From assembly GCA_040756235.1 (NCBI GenBank), contig JBFLZG010000087.1, positions 32,001-96,000 on the forward strand: a stretch of 64,000 nt of DNA. The letters run 5' to 3'. Source of the DNA: a bacterium (lineage in GTDB: Bacteria; Desulfobacterota; DSWW01). Position numbers and translations under genes: made by a program. Numbering within the stretch: position 1 is the stretch's first letter; the number at the start of each line of letters is the position of its first letter. The notes below the pieces were generated by a model, which was given only the letters and a program-made list of their open reading frames with translations, did no database searches and had not been told where the DNA came from. Positions 29,740-38,589 of this stretch are shown here, piece by piece.

Positions 29740-30963
29740 CTAAAGGCCGATGTGTTTCCGAATCATGGGTCCCAGCCATTGCGTGACGGCCAGCGGCAGT
29801 CTTCTCCAGTACGGCACCGCCCTCGCGAATCGGGGGCGGTCCGAGGCCTCTCCCTCCTTTTCCTCGGTGCTGTGGAGGACCACGTACTGCCAGTGCAGGG
29901 TCTGCGGAACGGCTCCCCACTGCTCCTTGAACTTGTACGTCCCTTCCCCCGGGGTGGATCGTCCGAAGTCGAACCGGCTGATGCCGTTCTCGCATGCGTA
30001 CTCGAGCATGGTCCAGTACAGGAGCATGTTCGGGCTCAGACTGCTGTACTCGCGGAGGGCCGACGCCCAGGGATTGTACAGCGTATCGCCCAACCGGATG
30101 ATCAGGCTGCAGGCCAGGGGGATCCCGCCCTTGCGGACCAGGACGATGCGGGCTTCCTCCCGGAGTTCCTCGAACAGGTGGGCCATGAGCTTCTTCGAGT
30201 GCACCGGTGAGCCCAGGTCGCGCATGTTGGCCACGAAGACCCGGTAGAACGCATCGAGCAGCTCGGCGCCGCCCACGATGGCCGACAGCCCCTCCCGCAT
30301 CGGCTTGCGGATCTGGCTTCTCAGCTTGGACTTGAAAGAGGCCATCAATTCGCCGGCCGATCCGGGCAGGGCAAGGACCATGCGGACCTTGTGGGTGCGG
30401 GTCCGGCTCTTCCAGCTCTCCGCGGATTTCTCCCGGGGTCGGCCTCCCGGGCTCGCCGCCTCACAATCGAGACAGCTGTGACGGTACGTATGGCGAAGCT
30501 CGATCTGTTGCGCCCTGAGCCGCGTGCCGAGTCGAAGCGCCTCGGAGAGGAGCCCGCGTTCGGTCTCTTCATCTTCGGCAAGGATGCCGCCGAGGTCGAA
30601 GAAGGGCATGGAGATCAGATGATTTCCGAACAGGATGTTCTTCAGGTGCACGAGGGGGAGGACCCCGGCAATCGAGGCGGCGCTCTCCTTGTGGCCGCCC
30701 GGGGGCGACTGCGTCGCGCGGTCCTGCTCGGAGGAGACGGGAGCCGCCGGATCCCGATTCCGTACGGCCACCAGATAATGGGTCCGATGGCCGTAGGATT
30801 TCTCGATGATCTTCTTCCAGCACGGAAGATGATAGAGCGTCCCATGGGGATGGCTGCGGACGAACCTGTCCCACCCGAGCCAATCCATCGCCTGCAGGTG
30901 TCTCACCTGCGCGGCCGGGCGCGCGTTCGCAAGGCTCGAAGCGTTGCCGGAGAGCACGTTCAT
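29740..30963 (-). CDS. FemAB-related protein, PEP-CTERM system-associated
   Basis: GVLPLV, SMPFFDLGG, KLRSQIRK, NMRDLGSP, PNMLLYW, FDFGRS and FKEQWGA motifs; start 30963 avoids overlap with the upstream gene. Confidence 0.9.
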   Translation of the reverse strand: MNVLSGNASSLANARPAAQVRHLQAMDWLGWDRFVRSHPHGTLYHLPCWKKIIEKSYGHRTHYLVAVRNRDPAAPVSSEQDRATQSPPGGHKESAASIAGVLPLVHLKNILFGNHLISMPFFDLGGILAEDEETERGLLSEALRLGTRLRAQQIELRHTYRHSCLDCEAASPGGRPREKSAESWKSRTRTHKVRMVLALPGSAGELMASFKSKLRSQIRKPMREGLSAIVGGAELLDAFYRVFVANMRDLGSPVHSKKLMAHLFEELREEARIVLVRKGGIPLACSLIIRLGDTLYNPWASALREYSSLSPNMLLYWTMLEYACENGISRFDFGRSTPGEGTYKFKEQWGAVPQTLHWQYVVLHSTEEKEGEASDRPRFARAVPYWRRLPLAVTQWLGPMIRKHIGL

Positions 30964-30979
30964 CCTGGATATCGGCGGC

Positions 30980-31336
30980 TCACGGGAGGATCTCCGGCCT
31001 TCCGGGCTTGCCTGGAGGCTGCAGATCCTCATCGACACGGGCCGTCGTTTCCGACGAGAAGCCGCTTTCGTTACCGCTCGAATCGAAGGCGGTGAGCGCG
31101 AAGTAATAGCTGCCGGCGGGAAGGGTCAGCACCCGGGCGGTAGCCGTCCTGTCCTGGATCAGGATGGTTTGAGAATAGGGTGCTTGCGAGCGGGGACGCT
31201 CGCCGTAGTACAGCTTGTACCCGGCCAGATCGGCTTCGGCGTTCGCATTCCACCTGAGGGTCACGCTGCCGGCGTGCGCCAGCTGGGCGGAGGCCAACAA
31301 GATCGCAAGCACCAGTGAAGTCACGCTTTGGCCCAT
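30980..31336 (-). CDS. Small secreted fibronectin type III domain protein (118 aa)
   Basis: RBS AGGAGG before ATG 31336; signal peptide ending AHA; VTLRW, LAGYKLYYG and YYFALTAFDSSGNESGFS Fn3 motifs. Confidence 0.85.
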   Translation of the reverse strand: MGQSVTSLVLAILLASAQLAHAGSVTLRWNANAEADLAGYKLYYGERPRSQAPYSQTILIQDRTATARVLTLPAGSYYFALTAFDSSGNESGFSSETTARVDEDLQPPGKPGRPEILP

Positions 31337-31725
31337 GTGGATTCCTCCTGCGGCAGAGTGGGTGCGGCCCTGTTCTGCAGGATCGGGCGGTCTCGCGATC
31401 TCATCGCTCGCTCCTGGCTTCCGTACCGTCCCTGCGGTGTCGGGCTGCGACTTTCGCACGGGGCCCTGCCTTCCGGAATCAGGCCGGGCTCCGCCCGTTC
31501 GGACCTCGGGCGCCCTCTGCAAGCTGCTGTTTGAAATGTATTTTCTGTAAACCACCCGTTCTCCGCGGGTCTCAGGACAGGTATGGATCTCGCATCTGCC
31601 CTGATGCCGCCAGCACATCAAAAAACTGCCGTCGACACACCGAGCCTGTCGGGGCAGGCTCTACCCGCAGCAGGTCGTCGCAGGAACGAGCACGGAGCAC
31701 CGTCCGCCTGCGCTCGTCCTGCACC

Positions 31726-32232
31726 TCAAGCCACCTGGTCGACCAGCGTGTGATGAAGCTCGACCGTGGCCTGATAGCTCACACATTCAAGTAGGATCCG
31801 GACCCGACCCGCGTCGGATGCCCATTCCTCGAAGATGCCGTCGAGCTCCTTGAAAGGGCCTTTCAGGATTCTCACTCTGTCGCTCGTCTTGAACGGCCTC
31901 TTGCGGATGATACCGTCCCTCTGGGCAAGGGCACGGACCGACTGGACGATGTCTTCGTTCACCCAAACGGGTTCGCTGCTGTCCGGCAGGATCTTCAGAA
32001 CGCCTTGCGTCCAGCGCACGGCAGTCAGCTCCCTCTCCCGGTCGAAGCGAACGAACAGGTAGCCGGGGAAGAGGGGTTTCAGGCAGGCGACCGCCCGGGC
32101 TCCGGCGAGCCGCTGCGCTTCCATCATCGGCAGGTAGACCTGGAATCCCTTCTGCTCGAGGAAATACCTGGCCCGAGCCTCTTCTTTCGGGTTGCTCTGG
32201 CACACAAACCAGGGTCTGTCTAGGGCGCGCAT
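31726..32232 (-). CDS. RfaH/NusG-family transcription antiterminator paralogue
   Basis: NGN domain (WFVCQS, PLFPGYLFV) and KOW domain (VRILKGPF..LDGIF). Confidence 0.9.
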   Translation of the reverse strand: MRALDRPWFVCQSNPKEEARARYFLEQKGFQVYLPMMEAQRLAGARAVACLKPLFPGYLFVRFDRERELTAVRWTQGVLKILPDSSEPVWVNEDIVQSVRALAQRDGIIRKRPFKTSDRVRILKGPFKELDGIFEEWASDAGRVRILLECVSYQATVELHHTLVDQVA

Positions 32233-32492
32233 TTGGCCTGCTCGCCGCAGCTCAGTTTACGAGTCACGAAGGCAGAGAGGTTGGCGATCGAATCCAGGTT
32301 CTCAGGTACCAGCTCTTCGTCGGCAACCGCGATGCCGTAGGTGTCCTCGATGAACTGGATGATTTCGAGAATCCCGGTCGAGTCCACGGCACCGGTTTCC
32401 AGGAAAGAAGCGGCATCTTCGAGGTGCCGCTGCTTGGAGGCCGGCAGGAAGTTGTCCTGGATGAACGTTCGAATGGTCGAAGGGATATCCAT
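32220..32492 (-). CDS. Acyl/aminoacyl carrier protein
   Basis: GAVDSTG phosphopantetheinylation serine, FIEDTYGI and ENLDSI motifs; 90 aa, acidic. Confidence 0.9.
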   Translation of the reverse strand: MDIPSTIRTFIQDNFLPASKQRHLEDAASFLETGAVDSTGILEIIQFIEDTYGIAVADEELVPENLDSIANLSAFVTRKLSCGEQAKCAP

Positions 32493-32568
32493 GCTTAGCC
32501 TTTCGCCTTCCGCGGGCTTGCGGAGCCTGGATCCTGACGGGGTCGACGGACCCGCTCGCTCGGCTCCC

Positions 32569-33975
32569 TCACCTCGCTCCTTTGCCTGTCAGCACCACCT
32601 TCACCGTGTCGAATATAATAGATAAGTCGAACAAAAAGGACATGTGCTTGATGTAGTAAAGGTCATATTGGAGCTTTTCCTTGGTGTCGTCTCTGGAGGC
32701 CCCGTAGTGGAACTTGATCTGGGCCCAGCCGGTGACGCCCGGTTTGACGAAAAGCCTCTGAGGGTAGTAGGGGATTTCCCTTGCCAGATCCTGGATGAAG
32801 CACCTTCTCTCGGGCCTGGGGCCCACGATGCTCATGTCCCCCTTCAGGACGTTGAGGAGCTGGGGCAATTCGTCGATGCGGTACTTGCGGATGAAACGTC
32901 CCACCCGGGTCACGCGAGGGTCGTCTTGCTCCGCCCAGACGGCCCCGCGGGCTTCGGCGTTCTCGATCATGGACCGGAACTTGTAGATCGTGTAGTCCTT
33001 CCAACCCTCGCCTACCCGGTCCTGCTGGTAGATGACAGGCCCCTTGGAGTCGAGCTTGATGAGGAGAGCGATCAGCAGCATCAAGGGTGAAGTCACGAGC
33101 AAGATGGCTGCAGCCATGAGGATGTCGCTGGTGCGCTTGAGCTGCAGGGTCAGTTTGCTCTTGTGAAACCCTTCGGTGAAGATGAACCAACTGGGCCGCA
33201 CGTTGTCGAGTAGGATCTTGCCGGTAAGACTCTCATAGAAGGAAGCATCCTCCTCGACCTGGATCCCCTGGAACCGACAGTCGAGAAGCGCCTCGAAGGG
33301 CAGCTTTCCCCTTCTGTCGCCGATGGCAACCACGATGCGATCCACCGGGATCGACTTCATCTTGTCCGGGAACTCCTGCAGCGCCAGGACATGTTCCACG
33401 GGCAGCCGATGGGGAGCCTGGCCCTCCAGGGGCGGCCGCTCGACGGCCATCGCCACGACGCGATAGCCGGAGTCGCGGATGGCCTCGATTTCCTCGAGGA
33501 TCTTCTGGCCGGTCTCCTTGCTGCCGAGCAGGAGGACCCTTTCCGCGAAGGCTTCCGACCGTATGATTCTCGGATAGACCTGGCGCCAGACCAGCACGGC
33601 GAGGATGACGGTCGGCAGAGCCAGCAGGAAGTTGGTCTGGCCGATGCTCGCGGAGCTGAAGAACAGGTAGAGAATACTCAGAACGATACAGCCGATGCCC
33701 ATGGACTGAAGCAGTCGGATGGTAAACTCTCTGCGGCCCTGGGCGATCTTGTAGTCATAGAGCTCGTTGCCGTACATGGAGATCTGGCAGACGACCACGA
33801 CGATGAGGACTTTCCAAAAGGTCCGGTTGGTGCTCAGGAGCCAGAGTCCTTCTCCGCGGTGGTGCAGCAGGAACGTGGCCAGGCAGACCCCGTAGACGCA
33901 GCCGAAGATGAGCAGGAACTCGAAGGAGACGAGAAAGAACTTCAAGCGCGATATGTTGCGGCTAAAAATCCACAT
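32569..33975 (-). CDS. Priming undecaprenyl-phosphate sugar phosphotransferase, PEP-CTERM-system type
   Basis: N-terminal TMs, KFRSM, DPRVTRVG, DELPQLLNVLKGDMSIVGPRPE, KPGVTGWAQ and YDLYYIK motifs. Confidence 0.95.
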   Translation of the reverse strand: MWIFSRNISRLKFFLVSFEFLLIFGCVYGVCLATFLLHHRGEGLWLLSTNRTFWKVLIVVVVCQISMYGNELYDYKIAQGRREFTIRLLQSMGIGCIVLSILYLFFSSASIGQTNFLLALPTVILAVLVWRQVYPRIIRSEAFAERVLLLGSKETGQKILEEIEAIRDSGYRVVAMAVERPPLEGQAPHRLPVEHVLALQEFPDKMKSIPVDRIVVAIGDRRGKLPFEALLDCRFQGIQVEEDASFYESLTGKILLDNVRPSWFIFTEGFHKSKLTLQLKRTSDILMAAAILLVTSPLMLLIALLIKLDSKGPVIYQQDRVGEGWKDYTIYKFRSMIENAEARGAVWAEQDDPRVTRVGRFIRKYRIDELPQLLNVLKGDMSIVGPRPERRCFIQDLAREIPYYPQRLFVKPGVTGWAQIKFHYGASRDDTKEKLQYDLYYIKHMSFLFDLSIIFDTVKVVLTGKGAR

Positions 33976-33992
33976 GAGTGGGCCTTTGGCTC

Positions 33993-34733
33993 TTAGCAGC
34001 GGGATTCTTCGTCCGAGTCCTGGTCGTAACGATAGTCATAGCCATAGGTGTAGCTGTAGTAGGAGGAATACTGCTTCTTGGCCCCGTTGAAGACGACTCC
34101 GAGGATCTTCTTGCCTTCGGTGCATTCCAGTGCCGCCTTGACCGTGTCCTTCGATGCGCTGCCTGCGCGGACCACGAGGAGGACCGCGTCCGCCAGATCG
34201 GAGAGAAAATCCTGATCCAGGATCGGCAGAATGGGCGGGCTGTCTGCCACGACCAGGTCGAAGCCGGCCCTGAGCTGATTGAGAATCGGCTCGAGTTTTT
34301 TGCTGTACAAGAAGGGATACAGATCTCCCTCGATCCGGCCGGCGGGGAAGACCGAGAGATTGGGCCTGGAATCGTCCGCCCGGGTCATGACTTCACGCAG
34401 CGCGCGTTCTCCGCGCAGGACCGAGGCGACCCCGGGCCCGGATCGAATGCCCAGGTAACGGGCGACCCGGGGCTTGCGGAAATCACAGTCCACCAGGGCC
34501 ACATTCTTCGTCGGGTCCTCGGCCATGGCGAACGCCAGATTGATCCCGGTCAGCGTCTTGCCTTCAGACCCCTGTGCGCTCGTGATGCAGAGCACCTGGC
34601 TGCCGTTCTGTTGGAGCAGGTAGAGGATCTTCCGGTACAACCTGCGATAGGCCTCCAGGTGAGGGGACTGCGGGTCCGAGAGGGACAGGACAAGCGGGTG
34701 CCTCGAGGGACGGGCTGCTTTTCTGGAGAACAT
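33993..34733 (-). CDS. CpsD/CapB-type bacterial tyrosine kinase (BY-kinase)
   Basis: EAYR, Walker A SAQGSEGKT, DCDFRKP, DSPP and a C-terminal tyrosine cluster YSSYYSYTYGYDYRY. Confidence 0.92.
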   Translation of the reverse strand: MFSRKAARPSRHPLVLSLSDPQSPHLEAYRRLYRKILYLLQQNGSQVLCITSAQGSEGKTLTGINLAFAMAEDPTKNVALVDCDFRKPRVARYLGIRSGPGVASVLRGERALREVMTRADDSRPNLSVFPAGRIEGDLYPFLYSKKLEPILNQLRAGFDLVVADSPPILPILDQDFLSDLADAVLLVVRAGSASKDTVKAALECTEGKKILGVVFNGAKKQYSSYYSYTYGYDYRYDQDSDEESRC

Positions 34734-34794
34734 TCTTCCAGGACCTTTTCCCGGCTGCCTGCTCTCCGCAGAATCGGAGGAGGCATGAACGCCG

Positions 34795-36384
34795 TTACAG
34801 GAGAAGGGATGTGATTTTCGAAGCCAGCTCGTCGATCCTCATGACGAACAGGTGGATGCCAAGCACGAGGGTCACAAGGAAGCCGCAGGAGAAGGAAACC
34901 GTGGCGATCCTGCGCGTCATGCTCCTGCGGATGCTCTCCCGGGTTTCGAGAACGGGAATGATGCCGACCACCGGCAGCGCAAAGGCAGCCTTGAGGTCCT
35001 CCACTTTCTTGAACGAGCGGTCCATGTAATCCGCCGCGAACGCCAACCCGGCACCGCAGCCGAGGCCGAGGGCCAGCCCCAGGCCCAGCAGGCGGAGGCG
35101 GTTCGGCTTCACCGGCTTCTGCGGGTAATTGGCCGGGTCCAGGACGTGGAACTGTTCGCTCTTCTGCCGGGTCTCCAGGTTCTCGGCGATCTCCGCGTTG
35201 ATCTTCCTGGCCATCATCGAGTCATAGCTCTGCTTGATGGTATCGTAATCCCTGGTGAGGATCGTCAGCTCCTGTTCCCTCTTCGGAACGTTTTCGATGC
35301 GCTGCTGGAGCCTCCTCATCCTGAGGTTCAGGCTTTCGAGCTCCTCCCGCTGGTTCTCAATGGCCGAGAGATTCGCGTCCACCTGGCTCCGGATCCGCGT
35401 CCAGGCCGGGTTCAGGGCGGGCGCGTCCTCCTGCGGCTGCTGATTTCCCGGGGCCCTGCCGAGGGCCGCAACTCTCCTCTCGAGCTCCTGGATCTCCTTC
35501 TTCACGCGTACGACATCCGGGTAGAGCTCCGTGTACCGGGTCTTGAGCGAGGTCAGCTCCTGCCTCTTGGATTCGAGCTGCCGAAAGATGTCGGTCTGGT
35601 CGGTCCCGGTGCCGGCGAGGTACTGGACGGTCCCGGAAAGCTCCCGCTCGAGAAGGATCTGACGGTCTTCGGAGTTGCGGTGAGCTTCCATGAGAGAGGT
35701 CTTCTGCTGCTGCAGTTGTTCCAGGGCCCTGAGGTTCGCCTCCTGCTGTTCGGGCAGCTCGCCCATGTGGGCCTGCTTGAACTGCTGGATCTCCGCCTCC
35801 CGCGCCCTGAGGTTCTGCTCGATTTCCTGGAGTTGTCGCTCGAGGAACTCCTTGGTCCCCCGGGCCTGGGTCTCCCTGACCTTGAGGTTTTCCTCGATGT
35901 ACATCATGGCCAGCCGATTCGTGACTCTCTGGACGACTTCCGGTTCTTCTCCGTGGTAGGCCAGCTTGAAAGCCGCCGCGGAAGCGCCTGTTCCGCGGGC
36001 GTTCGGCCGCTCCTCGACCCGGATCTCTATCTGCTTCCTCATGGAGTTGACGACATCCTCCATCGGGGCCTGCCGCTGCATCTCGGCATACAGGCCCAGC
36101 TCCCGGATGACCGCTTCGAGCGTCGTGCGGCTCAGGATCTGCTGGCTGATCGTGTTCAGCCGGTCTTGCACGGACCCGGTGACCGTGGACTGGACATAGT
36201 CCTCCGGCACCTGCTGCGGCTCGACCAGAATGGTGGTCTCGGATCGATACACGGCGGGCAGCGCCACGCAGAGATAGACGCTCGCCGCCAACGCGATGGT
36301 GAAGGGCGTGATGATCAGCCACTTCCTTCTGCGCGCCATGTCGAGGTAGTGGAGGAGAGGGTTCGTATCCTGTTCCGGTTCCAT
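34795..36384 (-). CDS. Polysaccharide co-polymerase / chain-length determinant (Wzz/GumC-like)
   Basis: Two TMs flanking a long coiled coil, YTELYPDV and DPA..P.KP.KPN motifs; RBS GAGGA before ATG 36384. Confidence 0.92.
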   Translation of the reverse strand: MEPEQDTNPLLHYLDMARRRKWLIITPFTIALAASVYLCVALPAVYRSETTILVEPQQVPEDYVQSTVTGSVQDRLNTISQQILSRTTLEAVIRELGLYAEMQRQAPMEDVVNSMRKQIEIRVEERPNARGTGASAAAFKLAYHGEEPEVVQRVTNRLAMMYIEENLKVRETQARGTKEFLERQLQEIEQNLRAREAEIQQFKQAHMGELPEQQEANLRALEQLQQQKTSLMEAHRNSEDRQILLERELSGTVQYLAGTGTDQTDIFRQLESKRQELTSLKTRYTELYPDVVRVKKEIQELERRVAALGRAPGNQQPQEDAPALNPAWTRIRSQVDANLSAIENQREELESLNLRMRRLQQRIENVPKREQELTILTRDYDTIKQSYDSMMARKINAEIAENLETRQKSEQFHVLDPANYPQKPVKPNRLRLLGLGLALGLGCGAGLAFAADYMDRSFKKVEDLKAAFALPVVGIIPVLETRESIRRSMTRRIATVSFSCGFLVTLVLGIHLFVMRIDELASKITSLLL

Positions 36385-36480
36385 CCTATCCTCAGCGAAG
36401 CTTTCGTAGCGTGTGGGCATGGGAAAGGTCTCCGGTCGTTCCGGTTGCCCCACAGGAATCGGCACTTTCCTGGTTTTCCT

Positions 36481-37080
36481 TTACGGGACGACGATCGTAT
36501 CCCCCGGCTTGAGGTAGATATCCCGCTCCGCGGCCTGGTCGGACAAAACCTCGTCGAAATCCACTTCGATGACCTCGGAAAAGCCCTTCCATTTCCTGTA
36601 CACCTGGATCTTGCTCTTCTTGGCGAACTCGGTGAACCCGCCTGCCATGGCGACGGCCTGCGAGATCGTGGTATGGGTGCGGATCGGGTACACGCCGGGG
36701 GTGCGGACTTCCCCTTGAATGTAGTAGCGCCAGCTGTTGATCTGCTGCACGATCACGGCGACATGCGGATCCTCCGTGTAGGGCTTCAGACCCGCACGGA
36801 TCCTTGCCTTCAATTCCTCCGGGGTCAAACCCGCTGCCTGGATGTCGTTGACGAGGGGAAGGCTGATCTTGCCGTCGGGCCGTACCGTCACCGTACGGCT
36901 GAGATCCTGGTTCTGCCAGACCGAGATTTCCAGCACGTCCTCCGGCCCGATTACGTAGGCCTCGAAGGATCCCTGTTCGTGAGGAGGCTGAGAAACCGAT
37001 TCGTTGGTGGCGGCACACCCGAAAGCGAAGAGAGAAGGGAGGGAAAGGCAGAGGCAGACGAGGACGGATCGTCGCACCAT
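36481..37080 (-). CDS. wza: Polysaccharide export lipoprotein (Wza/OPX)
   Basis: Lipobox FGC, YVIGPEDVLEISVW, VRPDGKISLPLV, GEVRTPG and LKPGDTIVVP motifs; GGAG before ATG 37080. Confidence 0.92.
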   Translation of the reverse strand: MVRRSVLVCLCLSLPSLFAFGCAATNESVSQPPHEQGSFEAYVIGPEDVLEISVWQNQDLSRTVTVRPDGKISLPLVNDIQAAGLTPEELKARIRAGLKPYTEDPHVAVIVQQINSWRYYIQGEVRTPGVYPIRTHTTISQAVAMAGGFTEFAKKSKIQVYRKWKGFSEVIEVDFDEVLSDQAAERDIYLKPGDTIVVP

Positions 37081-37223
37081 GGCGTGTCTCCGGGCTTCGA
37101 AAGTGCAGGGTCGAGGTCTTCGGGAGGACCGGGAACGGGCGCAGGTTCGACCAGCCGTCAGGCGCCGGTCGTGCAGCAGGCGGCCCCCCCATCTGTGCGA
37201 GGGTGTCGAAAACACCCTCTTGT

Positions 37224-37382
37224 GAGGCTGTTGAGAAATGCCCCGATGCAGGGCGCGCGAAATCCCGAGGAATGAGGCGTAGCTGGGGGTAGCAGTGGAC
37301 CCCGGCCTCCGCCGGGGCGGGTTCCCCCAACCTCCATCCTCCATGAGCGCAACGCCGCAGATGGGCGTTTCTCGACAGCCTC
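37224..37382. repeat. Repeat family B (MITE-like, long terminal inverted repeats), copy with internal replacement
   Basis: GAGGCTGTTGAGAAATGCCC...GGGCGTTTCTCGACAGCCTC; shares CCCGAGGAATGAGGCGTA and ATGAGCGCAACGCCGCAGATGG with copies at 48987, 54181 and 58569. Confidence 0.9.
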
Positions 37383-37394
37383 TGTGCAGGGGCG

Positions 37395-37423
37395 ATTATA
37401 GACATAACCGGGTGGTGGATCAA
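37395..37423 (-). promoter_or_regulatory. Sigma-70-type promoter for the wza/EPS operon
   Basis: Minus strand reads TTGATC-17 nt-TATAAT. Confidence 0.65.
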
Positions 37424-37628
37424 CCGCTCTGTCGAAGCAGGAAAACTGAATGAAATTGTGCTGATTACGCGCCTTGGATCGGTTCCGTGCCGCGCCCGGC
37501 AGAGGCGCGGAGCGGAACCGGTTACAGGAATGCGCCTCCGCCGCCGGACAGAAGGACCGCGGGAGGCCGAGGGCGGGGGTCGTTTCCCTCTGGCAGGGCG
37601 GTTCCTCGATCTCGCTACGAGATCGACC

Positions 37629-37678
37629 GCAAGAAAAAAGAACCTGCCTTCTTGGCAAGGCAGGTTCTTTTTTCTTGC
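37629..37678 (-). terminator. Intrinsic terminator after the PEP-CTERM gene (symmetric, potentially bidirectional)
   Basis: GCAAGAAAAAAGAACCTGCCTT-6 nt-AAGGCAGGTTCTTTTTTCTTGC perfect inverted repeat with T-tracts on both strands. Confidence 0.85.
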
Positions 37679-37717
37679 AGGACTCGGGCAGGCACCCGCG
37701 CGGAACGCGGGCGGGCT

Positions 37718-38284
37718 CTACTTCTTCCTGAGCAATGCTGCCGCACCCAGCAGCCCGCTGCCGAGGAGCACCATGGTTCCAGGCTCCGGGACAGGGGCCT
37801 GGGCCTGGCCGTTGTCGTAGGTCAGGCGCAGAACGGAGCTGGTCACGTAGAAATCCCCCAGGAATGCGACGATCGTGACCCCGAGGGTGCCGTTATCCGT
37901 GATTTGAGCGATGTCCACGTTGAAGATCTGAGATCCGCCGACGGGGAGCCCGTCACCGTTCCACCACTCACCTTCGGTGTAGACGAAGCCGTATTCAAAG
38001 TTCCGGTCCATGTCATCCCGAGTCGTGATCGTCAACGTGGCGTTGAGGAGACCTGCCGTATCGAAGACGTCCCCGGGGAAGGAGCTTCCCGAGCTGGGGT
38101 GGGTGTAATCCAGCCGCGCATTCGGGCCGAAACCGAGGAAGCCCTTGAGGTATCCGTTGTTACGGAAATCCTCCTGTGTGAGCTCGTCCACGACGGTGAT
38201 GGGCAGTGCGGTTGCGAGTGTCGGCAGGACGAGCGCACCCAGCAGCAGCAACAAGGAGCAAGTGATTTGTACTCGGTTTCTCAT
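37718..38284 (-). CDS. PEP-CTERM sorting-domain surface protein
   Basis: Signal peptide, then C-terminal VPEPGTMVLLGSGLLGAAALLRKK (PEP motif, TM, basic tail). Confidence 0.95.
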   Translation of the reverse strand: MRNRVQITCSLLLLLGALVLPTLATALPITVVDELTQEDFRNNGYLKGFLGFGPNARLDYTHPSSGSSFPGDVFDTAGLLNATLTITTRDDMDRNFEYGFVYTEGEWWNGDGLPVGGSQIFNVDIAQITDNGTLGVTIVAFLGDFYVTSSVLRLTYDNGQAQAPVPEPGTMVLLGSGLLGAAALLRKK

Positions 38285-38344
38285 GGCCGTCCCTTTCTTT
38301 TCATAACTTTGTTAGGATAATCTTGGTAATGGAAATGAGAACGT

Positions 38345-38373
38345 ACTATACTTGCGCGAACATTCGTTGTCAA
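38345..38373 (-). promoter_or_regulatory. Sigma-70-type promoter for the PEP-CTERM gene
   Basis: Minus strand reads TTGACA-17 nt-TATAGT, ~60 bp before the ATG. Confidence 0.75.
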
Positions 38374-38520
38374 GCAAAGGTGTTATATCATTTACTTTCG
38401 GGACTGACCCAGGATTGTCAAACATCGGAAGAGAGCCTTACTGCTTCGATGCTGTTCCTGTTCAAAAGAATGCTTCACCCCGGTTCGAATCACCCTGTAA
38501 CAGTTGCGATAGGCACCCAC

Positions 38521-38536
38521 TGCAATCAAGGTGCCA
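38521..38536 (-). promoter_or_regulatory. Sigma-54 promoter for the PEP-CTERM gene
   Basis: Minus strand reads TGGCAC-CTTGA-TTGCA, full consensus. Confidence 0.8.
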
Positions 38537-38576
38537 TCTCCATTCAGGTCATGAACAGGTACCCATATGCACATGG

Positions 38577-38589
38577 TAAGGTATTGATA
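38577..38589 (-). promoter_or_regulatory. IHF binding site
   Basis: Minus strand TATCAA-TACC-TTA matches WATCAANNNNTTR, just upstream of the sigma-54 site where IHF sites are usually found. Confidence 0.6.

Noticed and set aside
34852..37275. Long antisense ORFs (this 807 aa one, also 6189..8078, 10059..11885, 20237..22000, 54173..56611, 56469..58226, 59953..62496)
   Set aside because: Each mirrors a well-supported gene on the opposite strand and has no recognisable motifs.
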